A stretch of 60,164 bases of DNA, filler included, from Hausera hauseri (Eukaryota), in NCBI GenBank assembly GCA_046269625.1. It is 10 parts of 10 records of this genome, joined end to end, with 100 filler letters (N's around TTAATTAATTAA, not from the genome) between each part and the next. Parts side by side here need not be neighbours in the genome. Positions count along the whole stretch, not along the records: positions 10,372 to 17,388 come from JBJURY010043555.1; positions 17,489 to 22,233 come from JBJURY010452357.1; 8 more parts are not named here. One strand, written 5' to 3'. Shown here one piece after another: positions 10,810 to 22,333 of the stretch; position 1 is the first letter of the stretch, and each line of letters opens with the position of its first letter. The translations under genes were made by a program, and so were the position numbers. Under the pieces are notes generated by a model, which worked only from the letters and a program-made list of their open reading frames with translations, had not been told where the DNA came from and searched no databases.

Positions 10810-13800
10810 ATGTTTGATGATGGAAATGTACAGCATACCTCAGAAACTACAATGGTGTCAGAAAAATGGAATTACGCATTTTTTTCAAAAGAAAGAAACC
10901 GAATCAACTGAGGAGTTACTTGCATCCTTGGCTTATCCTACCCAGAAAACTGTGAAGCAACAGGACACAATTTTAAATCAATTTGAGGTTAAAGCACTAA
11001 AGACAAAGTTTTCAATACACGGAAAATCCGAACCACCTGTTAAACGAGCTAAAATTGATACCGATGTTAGTTCTGTGCCCATAAAACGTTCTGCAAAGAC
11101 TTCTGTTGATTTGGAAAAATTGAATATGTCATAGAGGACGCTTATGATCAAAGCGTAACGTTTAATCAAAAAGGTACGGAACCATTACCAACAACAAAAC
11201 CTCAAGTTGATACGAAGAAATCCGTTGATAATGCACAAGTAGTTACCGAAAAAGAAATGTCTACTGATAAAAGGTCAATTGATACGGAATCCTTTAATAT
11301 GGATGTTGATTTCAGCGATGCGTTCAGTGATTCTGCATTCAAAGTAGTAGAAGAAGCAGATGATAGCCCATTGTTTGTCAGCCTTACTGAACTTAATGTT
11401 ACGTTCTCCGTTAAAGAAACAGCAAAATTCGATTCAGACAATTGCGTTTTTTGGATCGATGCATACGAAGATTACAAAATTCCCGGTTCTGCGTTTCTGT
11501 TCGGTAAAATTGGAAACCAAAATGAGCAGAAATATTCAAATTGTGCCATTTGCATTTCAACTCTTGAACGACGCGCGTATCTTTTGATTAAGTCCGGTTT
11601 CAAGAAATTCGCTGTTTACAATGAATTGAAGGATTTATTCTCTAAACATAGAATTGAAAAGTCCCGTGCAAAATGCGTAAGAAAAAAGTGTACCGACGTA
11701 CCCGATGAGGCCGACTACATGGTCGTCCAATACAACGCGAAATTTCATGCGTTCCTAGCCAATTTAACAGGCAAAACATATTCTGGAGTTTTTGGGATGC
11801 AAACATCTTGTTTAGAGAATTTTCTTCTGTATCATAGACTAAAGATGTCATGTTGGTTATCATTAGATAACTTGATACCATCCGAAAGACCGTTCAGTAA
11901 TATCAAATTAAATTATGAAGTGGATACCGCTAAAGGTATACGACAAGTTGAAGGACGATACACCAATCCGCCAGTTACTGTTTTGTCATTGAATCTAAAA
12001 ACTGTCGTGAATGAAAAAGAATTGTTAATGAAATTATTTGTACCGTTTGTGCCTATAATAATGAGGTGTTCATGGAAAAACCACCTCCAAAAGAAAAGCG
12101 CAAAGATTACTTTGCAATTATTTGTCCACCAAAGGATGCTGCGTTGCCTTATGACATTCGACAAAAGGTTAACGACTGGGGTGATAAGTTTAAAGGAAAA
12201 GTTATAATACAACAGAATGAAAGAGCTTTGATCAACAATTTCTTGGCAAAATTACAAACAGTTGATCCAGACGTTATTGTTGGTGATTACCTTTTTGGGT
12301 ATCTTTTCAATATGATTATTAACAGATGCCATGAACTTAATATCGCTACGTGGGATAAATTTGGGCGATTAAAAAGGAAAATACCACTTCTGAAATTCAG
12401 TAGTGGAGGCAAATGGCTAGAACTCATTGTAATCGCGGGAAAATTGATCTGTGATGTGTCGACCAGTGCACAAGAATTGATTAAATGCCGTAGTTACGAA
12501 CTGATTGAATTGGTTAAGGAATTGCTTCCAGCAGATGTGCATCGTTTCGTTGCGGATTCTATAACAGATGTACCATTGATGTTTCTAACGTCATCAGGTG
12601 TTTATCAAATAATAAAAAAACATTGGAAGAGACTATTCTCAATATTCATTTAATGCATTATCTTTAAGTACTACCTTTGGCTTTGCAAATCATAACGATT
12701 TGTGGTAATGTGATGGCCCGTACACTTTTTGGAGGACGTTTCCAAAGAAGTGATTATCTTCTCCTGCATGCCTTTAACGAGGCCGAATTCATTAATCCAG
12801 ATGTACCGGGTCAAGTTGGTCAAAAACCAGTGCGGAATTCGATGATGGAAAAATACCAGAATTGTCACGTCGTAAGGCTAAATATACCGATGATCTTGTT
12901 CTGGAACCAAAGACGGGATTTCATAATAATTTCGTTCTTTTGATGGACTTTAACCCATTGTATCCATCGATTATTCTTGAATACATTATCTGCTTTACAA
13001 AGTTGGATCGGCAAAAGTATTTCACGACTGATGACACTGAATTGATAGCTGAGAAGACGAGTGAGCTTATGGAACTTCCAACTGAAATAAAAAAACTTGT
13101 AGAATCCCAAAAGCAAGTAAAAAATCTGTTGAGAGAACCCAACTTGAGTCCGAAAAAACAAATGCAATATGATTTTTGTCAAAAAGCTCTAAAGATTACC
13201 GCGAACAGTTTGTATGGCTGTTTGGGATTTGAACATTCCCGTTTTCAGGCAAAACAATTGGGTGCATTGATTACGTGTGAAGGTCAAGATATTCTGCAAC
13301 GTACGAAACATCTTGTTGAATCTTGTGCCATTAATTTAAATAGTATAACTGGCCGATCAGCAATAGAAATTAAGCTTCTTTTATTTAAGAAAAAGAAATA
13401 CGCAGCATTGGCTGTGATTAGAAAAGATCCCTCGTCGGAAAAATTGATAACAAACAAGAATTAAAAGGTCTTGATATAGTTCGAAGAGACTGGTGCAAAT
13501 TGGCCATTAAAGTTGGCAGACGAGTTGTCTTGATGCTTCTGAAACGTGAGAGGGACCTAGATAATTTACTAGATCATATATACAATTATCTGAAATCAGT
13601 CGCTGCAGACATGACGAAAAACAAACTTGAATAGGATAATTACATTATTACAAAGTCATTAAGTCATAGTCCTGAGGAATATGAAGATGCATTAAGTTTG
13701 CCGCACGTGCAAGTAGCTTTAAGGATTAACGAAACGGGGTCTGTGAAATTGTATAAAGCTAATGGCATTGTGGAATACATAATCTGCAGTAATAGGTCAA

Positions 13801-14790
13801 CAAATCCACACAGCAAACGTGGGTATAGTCCCAAAAAATTTACATATAATAAATTACAGGTTGGATAATGTGGAAATCAAATGGGTGCCAAGTTCTTGGA
13901 AGTGATATCCGACGAACACGGATTAAGTGTCGATGGATTTTACAAAGGCGACAGTGATTTACAACTGGAGAGAATTAATGTGTATTATAACGAGGTTACC
14001 GGCGGAAGATTAGTTCCCAGAACGATCCTCGCCGATTTGGAATCACGCATAATAGATTCTGTCAAATGTAGACCATATGGTAGTTTATTCCGACCTGACA
14101 ATTTTGCTTACGGCCATACTGGTGCCGGAAATAATTAGGCCAAAGGACATTACACCTTCGGAGCCGAACTGATAGATTCTGTCTTGGAATTAGTCAGAAA
14201 AGAATCCGAGGCCTGTGAATGTTTGCAAGGCTTTCAAGTCGTACATTCACTTGGTGGTAACAGTAGTGTTGTATCTGGTGTGAACAAATTCGTTAATTGC
14301 AAACAACTGGAAATACATTGTCCGGAATGTAAAAGACGATTCTAATTGACGAATCCTGTCGATAGATTCTCACATTATAAGCGTCTAAAAAACATTCGCA
14401 ATAAAGAGATACAGTTGAAGGAAACCATCATAATGAACAAGATAATGACTGAGCAACGGCGGCTAATTCGGGCGTATTACAATTCAACTGTGTGTAACGA
14501 ATATGACTGAAAATACCAGTCTGGAGCTGTCCCAGGTACATTATCGACCGTATTAAAGAAACCCATTGACCGAAATGGCCATACAATCCGTCCACATTGC
14601 GGTGACGGAGAGACGAAACCTTTGGTATCGGCTGCTCAACTGTACAAACAACTGTGTTTCTATGAAAATTTATTTCCAACAAAAGAAATGGACAATTCCA
14701 CTCTATACTCTCCGGTGAAACAGATACACGATGAAGTGAGATTTGTTATTGTGTAATATTCGTCTGGCAAACATTTTTTTAATTTGCTTC
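10810..14790 (+). pseudogene. POLA1: DNA polymerase alpha catalytic subunit; intronless, frameshifted, internally deleted, interrupted by a tubulin fragment
   Basis: [110 protein letters not shown]-terminal CPEC and LYKQLCFYENLF. Confidence 0.93.
13854..14258 (+). pseudogene. TUBB: Beta-tubulin N-terminal fragment (about codons 7-142) embedded in the POLA1 copy
   Basis: [96 protein letters not shown]. Confidence 0.95.
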
Positions 14791-14809
14791 TTATTAGCGA
14801 TTCTTAACA

Positions 14810-17388
14810 TGTCCGCCGTTGACACAACATCGTCCCTTTTAAACTTAGCCCTCCATTGCGGTTGTCATTTACGGCCCATTTACTTAGATACTTCAGATTT
14901 TTGTTCACATACGTGCAACAAAACTCTTGAGTTCCGAGTACATCATAGCGTGACCGACTGTCCAACCGTCTGTCCAATGTCAGTGGGTCCTACACTACGG
15001 TACATTGCGCCACCCCTAGGGCCACCACTGACACTCTCCTTATTCTTCATACATAATTGCCATTTACGCACACTCAATACAACGTATTTTATAGGCGCAC
15101 ATTACTTGTACAATTATGTGCTACAATTTGCTCATTTTCCTTATTTTTATCTCACAACAACTTACCTGTAATTAATGTCAATTTTCGCGACATTTTTATT
15201 CCTTTATCCCATTATGTCATTATTCACATACACATTCGCATTCGTGGTGGCATGGAATCTTCATCCACCATTGGCACTACTGACAAAACTGCTTCTAAAC
15301 CATCACCTTTCACTTTTCATCAAAAATCAACGACCATAATCACGCCGTCTACTTTCACCACTTATACACCTTCCATCCCGCCATCCAAACACTTCTCAGA
15401 GCATAGAATACTTTATTGATCACGAAAAGTCCAGCAAAACCTGGCTTAACTTTCACAAACTCTGGTTGGAGTCTAACAACGTTACTGATCCATCTGCCAA
15501 AGCCCATAGTTTACTTTGCCTTTTACCAAACACAGTAAAGACTTCTCTCCACAATATTTTAGACATATTTCAACAATCCGACCCGTACATCCATCTCTAT
15601 AATGCAGTTTTGAAACTCACGTAACCTTCTATGGATTCTGTAATCCATATATTCTTCAACGATAACGCTATGGGCACACAAAAACCATCAGATTTTCTCA
15701 GAACCTCTCTCGCTCAACTGCAAACAGTCGGCGTTACAAAACAAAACAATTCCGATCTCTTACGACATTACTTTTTAAACGCATTACCGATTTAGATCAG
15801 AGCTCTGCTTACCATCATCAAGAAATCGACGGAACTGGATAAATTAACCGAACTTGCAGACCAAACGTACGAAATCTTACACCTGAACACACAACCTATC
15901 ATTTCTTCAGCACTCGCAGCAAACGACAACACATTAGAATATCAAATACAACAGTTGTGGGCCGAAAACGCAGCCATACATAATACGATAAACAATATCA
16001 ATGATAGATTAAATGAAATCTCTTTGTCTCAACGAAAGAGTTCCACCTACGATCGCAAACGCTCTGTATCCAGAGGTAGGTCACCGTCTCCTGCACGATC
16101 GCTGATCTGTTTCTACCATGATAGGTTTGCTCGTAAAGCACAAAAATGTCATCTTAGGTGTCGCTTTTACACCCAAAAGTATAAAGTTAACAATCCTATT
16201 TGCATCTACCACGCAAAATGTAAGAGTGAGGCACATAAGTGTATTCCCGGTTGTACCTTTAGAAGTAGAACACAACATACGAACGTCGGACGCACTATCT
16301 TGTCTTCTAACATCCACTACATAGATTTCCTCGTCGATTCAGGTGCAGCTATTTCCTTACTGCCGCTCACTTTTCCAACTCAATGTACTTCATCCAACTA
16401 TAAACCTCTATTTACAGCTTCCGGACAACCGCTACATGTTTCCGGTTCTTGTAGACTTTCCTTTACCCTTCCAAAATTTACTTTAATGTTTCACTGGACA
16501 TTTACCGTTGCAAACGTCCAGACAGCCATTTTAGGATCCGACATTCTTTCGCACTATAATCTGCTTGTCGATTGCAAACAACATTTCTTAACAAGTGGTT
16601 GCGATAAGGATCTATTCGATCACATCGATACCATTTCGTCTGTCGTGCGGGTGAACGCAAGTTGAAAACCGATATTAAAAAAACCGTTGCACAAACCATT
16701 TTTTACAATCATGGCAATTTGTTTTATAAATTACTGAAGAACAATATTACTGACGATTGGGATTTGCACGGTGATGAAAGTGATTCCGTTACCACCGCCA
16801 ATTCCTTAGATAAAACTACCAGCTACAATATAATATTCAATACTACCATCCTGCATCGAATACCACTTCATTTTGAATCACCAAATAACGTCCAAATTGC
16901 AACAGTTACCGATGAAACCACCTCGCTCCCACCAAACTTTTCACAATTACCTGCATGTCTGCAGCAATTTATTAACGCATCTTGTTCTAGAATTATTAAA
17001 AAAGACAGGTCTTTTACTCCAGCAAATACCACTTTTCACCACATTGTGACACAACATCAAAGACCTACCCGCCAAAAAGTGCGTCCATTATCTCATCGTA
17101 GACAAGGAGTTGAAGCTGAATTTCTAGAACTTGAACGTTCGTACATTGTACGTCGCTCCAAATCCTCATGGTCGTTACCATTACATGTCGTGCAAAAGAA
17201 GGACGGAACTTTTCGACCATGTAGTAATTATCGTCAGTTGAATACTTTGACAATAATGGATGCGTACCCGCTACAACTCATTAAGGAGATCTTACACTGC
17301 CTTAATCAATCACAATTTATTCTACCATTGATTTATCCAAAGCCTACCACCAAATTCCTGTGGCACCTGAAGATATCGAAAAACAGCC
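14810..17388 (+). mobile_element. Degraded CsRn1-like Ty3/Gypsy retrotransposon (leader/LTR, gag, PR, RT start), paralogous to 2961-5499
   Basis: MGTQKPSDFLR; two CHCC fingers (CFYHDRFARKAQKCHLRC, CIYHAKCKSEAHKCIPGC); FLVDSGAAISLLP; [23 protein letters not shown]; TGGTGGCA at 15245-15252. Confidence 0.9.
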
Positions 17389-17488
17389 NNNNNNNNNNNN
17401 NNNNNNNNNNNNNNNNNNNNNNNNNNNNNNNNTTAATTAATTAANNNNNNNNNNNNNNNNNNNNNNNNNNNNNNNNNNNNNNNNNNNN

Positions 17489-17626
17489 TTCGAGTAGTCG
17501 AATTAAAAATCGGGTCCGAGATAATGACAAGACCTGTGAATAAAATGTGCAGGATCGATGAGAAAGTAGAAGATTGGGTGGGTTGTGATATATTTAAAGA
17601 CCGGATTACTCCAAGGAGGGGGCAAA
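17489..17626 (+). mobile_element. 3' end of a BEL/Pao integrase (DUF5641-like tail) followed by a polypurine tract
   Basis: RVVELKIGSEIMTRPVNKMCRID; AAGGAGGGGGCAAA immediately before TG at 17627. Confidence 0.7.
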
Positions 17627-18154
17627 TGTTGGAACCCGACTGACTAGTTGGGTAATCCGGGAAGCATGAAAAGTTATAAAGGAAGGGATGTAAATAGTGT
17701 ATATATAGATGTAATTGCATATATGTATATAGGCATGTATATTTGATTGCACATGTTGTGTTTAAATATTAGTTGTTGGGGGTTGGAATTGTAAAGTGTG
17801 TGTGATGTAAAAACAAAACATGGAAAATATTGAAAGGATGAACCCTGCCGGGGTTTGCGTAATGAGAATGAATGATTGTATGTTTGATAAATTCAGCACG
17901 CATGTTTCGGGCCAAAATTTTAAAGGTGGAGAGAATCCCCCGAAGAGCAGCACTCCGAAAACAATGGCTAAGTATTGTGAGAAAATTAATCTAAATGTTT
18001 TTTATATGATTATATATTGTTTAAGGGGGGTTTGGGATTGTCAGAGATTTTAAAAGGGAAAACACATGATATCAAAACGAGTTGGACATTTAAATATTAT
18101 GTAAATCCAACAAAAACGAATTTATTATTTAAATGTTGTGATATTGTTCCACCA
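17627..18154 (+). repeat. BEL/Pao LTR (528 bp)
   Basis: TGTTGGAAC...GTTCCACCA (8/9 inverted terminal match), with PPT upstream and PBS 2 nt downstream. Confidence 0.8.
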
Positions 18155-18156
18155 AA

Positions 18157-18174
18157 TGGTAGCAGAGCGTGGTT
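18157..18174 (+). promoter_or_regulatory. Primer-binding site complementary to initiator tRNA-Met
   Basis: TGGTAGCAGAGCGTGGTT matches the 3' end of animal tRNA-iMet (...CTCTGCTACCA). Confidence 0.85.
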
Positions 18175-18424
18175 GCTGCTCTGCACCCTGATCTGCAAGC
18201 AGCGGCCACGGCTCCTTGTCTTGTTGAAGATTCCTTCTGACCTCCTCGTATTCGGATCTTCCTCCTTGAACTGTTTAAAGAGTTTTTATTCGCTTGCGGC
18301 AAAAAACCAATCCGTGAACCCGGCTAGTCAAATAAAGATAAACAGATTGGAAAATAGTTCGGGTTCTGGGTTGGTGATGCTGCCTAGGGAGCCTGAGGCA
18401 GAGTGCCTTTCGAATTCATACACA

Positions 18425-21400
18425 ATGGCCACGGTTCTAGAAAGAACCTGGCTAAATAATAAATTGAGGAAAAGGAGAGAAGGTAATTATGTGGAAGGAT
18501 TTAAAGGTGTGAAGAACGATATTGGCGAGGAAGAGAAGGCTATAATAGAAAAGGAGCAAAACTCATCGCAACTCCAAAATCACGCTTCCAAAATCGTTAA
18601 TGAGAAGAAGGACTCTACGACAACGAATAGAGATGTTAAACAAGTGTATGTAAGAATAAGAGAGGGTAAGCTAGTGCAGATCAACTTAGAGAAGGTTAAA
18701 TCTTTAAGCGAGTTGCTTACCGAAGTCGAAATAAGATCAAAAATATCCGTGAGTTCATTGAAGTTATTCTATCAGGGTAAGAGGATAACGACTGATAAGG
18801 ATGTGGAAGATTTAACCCATGGAACTACTGTGTACATAGTCGTTGGCCTTAAGGGAGGAAGCAAACATGCCAGCAAGAGTTACGAAAAGAAGCTTAGGGC
18901 GAGTTCAGAGAACGCCAAACGAAGAACGAAAGAATTCGAAACAAGGTTTTTAATGAAGGATAAATTGAAATCTAGGCTAGAAAGTATCCACGGAAGGATA
19001 TATGTCGCCAATTCTGAAGAAAAAATTCGGAAAACCTACGATGAATTTTGCGCAGTCTATGAGGAAACTGTCTCGGAGATACTGGAGCTCCAAGTCATGG
19101 CGAAACAACAGAGCAGAACAGATGAACTGGAAGATCTGATTCAGGACAGGGAAGTGCTGAGTCAGCTGAATGCTGATGTAGTGGCAGGGTTGCGAGGTAT
19201 AGCCGCTAATCGAAGCGAACAGGAGAGAAGTCGTCAAGAGATCGCGGAGGCTACAGTGAATAATAATTTATGTCCTCGCCTGAGCCGAATCGAATTGCCG
19301 AAATTTAGTGGACATATTGCTGATTACGAGAAATGGAGGCAAACCTTTGAAGTTTGCGTACACCGAGCTCCAATATCCATAGTAGAGAAGCAGTTAAAGT
19401 TAGAAGATTGTCTCAGTGGAGATGCTAAGAAATTAGTGGCGAATTTTGGCATCAGTGAGACGTCTTACGCGGCAATTCTACAAAAGCTTGAGAGGTTTTA
19501 TGGTGGAGATCAAAGAAATTTCGCGGCGTTAATCGATGAAATCCGAAAGTTCGAAAAGGTGAGTGTAAATAATATAAAACAAATAGATAGTTTAGTTTCA
19601 CTATTGGAAGCTGTTACGGTACGACTGAGAATCATGAACAAGGGAAACGACTTAGATAGTGTACTACTATATAAGATCATTTTGGAGAAGTTACCAGAAG
19701 CCTTGATAAGCCAGTGGGAAAGGCACCGACGGAGTTGTCAAAAGGAAGAGAATATCAGTGAGTTGAAATATTGGCTAGAAGAAGAAGCGGATATACGCCG
19801 CGTATCTGCTGAATCCGCTCATGGTATAGATGTCCTAGAAAGAAAGGAACCCAGAAGTATAAGGCATGATGATTATCGACACATCCAAAGTAGTGACTAC
19901 CGTCAAAAGCATGGTTCAGAAGAAAAGAAGGTAAACTACCACCATAACCATTTTACAGAAGTCAAAGAGAAGGCGGCAACCGCAAAAGGCGTATGTTGGG
20001 CGTTTGAGAAGGGAAATTGCACTTTCGGAAAAGAGTGTAAATATTCCCATGGAAAAAAGGAAGAGAAGAACGAAAATAAGAGCAAAATGTGTAAATATTA
20101 CCAGCAGGGGAACTGCAGAAATGGAGACAAATGTCGGTTTTCGCATAGGAGAGAGAGGTCAGTGGGACGAATTAGTAATCGTGAAGGTACGACAGAGAAC
20201 AACAGTCAAGAGAAGTTGGAAGAACCATCACAAAATAGAAATGAAAGAAACGTGAAAGAGTCAGACGAGCTTGGGAGCGATCAAAAGAAGAGTTACGTAA
20301 CTGAAAGACATAACCAAAAAGAAAAAAATGAGGTGTCGTTGAGGACGATCCCAGTGATTGTGCGTAATGGGGAATATGAGGAGAAGATCAATGTATTGTT
20401 AGATGATGCTAGCACGGACAGCTACATCAGCACTTCACTGGCAGGAAGGTTACGATTAGAACAAAAACCAGAGTCGATTTCGGTAGAGGTCTTAGGTGGC
20501 GAAAAGAGAAAGAAGAGTGCAGCAAGAGTTGAGTTTCATTTAAGCAATCTGAATAGAGAACTAGAAGTGAAGGTATCAGCACTGACAATCGAAAATGTGG
20601 TAGGTAATTTAAATGCTATAAATTGGAGCATATCTAGAAGCAGATGGAACCATCTAAGAGAGGTACCCTTCCCAACAATAGTAAAATCAGGGAAAATCGA
20701 AGGGTTGATCGGAGTAAATTACAGTCAACTTCATCGAGCTATCAAAGAAGTATCCGGGAAGGAAGGGGAGCCTATAGCTCGACTAACACCGCTAGGATGG
20801 ACCTGTATCGGACCGACATCTACAAAAAGACCATTTCAGAAGCGATCGAACTTTATTAGATGTTTCTTCTCGAGTGGAGAAGAGTTAAAGGATGATTTAG
20901 AGCGGTTGTGGAGGTTAGAGGACATGTTAGAAAAGAACCAACCGTGGACAGAAGACGAAGAGAGAATAATGGAAAAATCCAAGGCTGAGATGCGATACGC
21001 GAACAACAAGTACGAAGTCAAAATCCCATGGAAGAGAAATCCACAGGACTTGCCTGATAATGATCGGATCGCTAAAAGACGGTTGTCGCTGTTGGAGAAT
21101 AAATTGGGAAAAGATTTGGAATTAAAGGAGGGCTATCAAAATCAAATAGTCGAACATGAGAAAAAAGGGTATATTAAAAATGTGACAAACGAACTGAAAG
21201 ACAAGGCGACTGGGTGGCTTCTACCACATTTTCCGGTTATAAGAAGAAGTGCGGAAACCACAAAGATTAGAATAGTATTTGACGCAGCGTCAAAAAGTAT
21301 GGGTATTAGTCTAAATGATCTGATCCACCAAGGTCCCAAATTGCAATTAGACCTGGTAGATATATTGATAAGATTCAGGAAGTATGAAATTGCCATGGTA

Positions 21401-22233
21401 TGCGATATCACAGAGATGTTCCTACAAATTGGAGTAGCACCAGAGGATCGGAAATACTTAAGATTTCTCTGGAAAGAAGAAGAATGTGTGAAAGTTTATG
21501 AGTTTCAACGATTGGTGTTTGGGTTGAATGCAGCTCCATATTTAGCGCAATTAGTAAGCCGAGTAAACGCGGAGAAACACGTAAAAGATATACCCAAAGC
21601 AGCATGGGTGGCTACAAACGCCACTTATATGGATGATAGTTTGGTATCTGTTAGGACAGAAGAAAAAGCGGTAAAGATGTATCAAGACTTAAAGTGGTTA
21701 TGGAGTCAGGCTGGGATGAATGCAAGGAAATGGGTATCAAATTCTGAGAAGTTACGCGAAATCATACCGGAAGATGAAAAGTCGGCGTGCTATCAGATCG
21801 TAGAGGAGGAGACAAAGACCAAAACTCTAGGCATGAGGTGGAATGCCAACAGTGATGTGTTCTCATTCGATAGAAGGGTCCAGTCAGAAGAGATAACTAC
21901 AAAAAGGAAGTTTTTGAGCTCGGTAGCAAAAATATTTGACCCATTAGGATTCCTTAGCAGTTACCTAATGAAAGGAAAATTAATCATTCAAGAGATGTGG
22001 ATGCACGGTGCAGATTGGGATGAACAGCTTCCAGACTACTTAATCAAACGAGCGAAAGAATGGGTAGCAGAACAACAGGATTTGGATCAGATTCAAATAA
22101 AACGTGTATTAATATCAGACCAGTCCCAATATGAGGTACATATATTCTGCGATGCATCTAAAGATGCCTATGGAGCGGTCGCTTATTTGGTCACCACAGG
22201 AGACAAGAGAATTAGCAACATAATAGTGGCGAA
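18425..22233 (+). CDS. Intact BEL/Pao Gag-Pol polyprotein (3' cut by contig end): Ubl - DUF1759 capsid - 2x CCCH - protease - RT - RNase H
   Basis: Ubl 18638-18859 ending GLKGG; IELPKFSG..YEKWRQTF; CCCH fingers 19994-20146; LLDDASTDSYI; TPLGWT; LPHFPV..TTKIRIVFDAAS; YMDD 21626-21637; IFDPLG; HIFCDAS..AYGAVAY. Start is probably ATG 18377 or 18425. Confidence 0.93.
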
Positions 22234-22333
22234 NNNNNNNNNNNNNNNNNNNNNNNNNNNNNNNNNNNNNNNNNNNNTTAATTAATTAANNNNNNNNNNN
22301 NNNNNNNNNNNNNNNNNNNNNNNNNNNNNNNNN

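Noticed and set aside
10810-14790. Family-B polymerase as a Polinton or viral pPolB
   Set aside because: Motifs and the C-terminal Zn-finger region are those of cellular Pol alpha, and the copy is disrupted.
18017-18376. N-terminal 120 aa of the 1422-aa ORF
   Set aside because: It starts at a TTG inside the LTR and crosses the PBS; the true start is more likely ATG 18377 or 18425.
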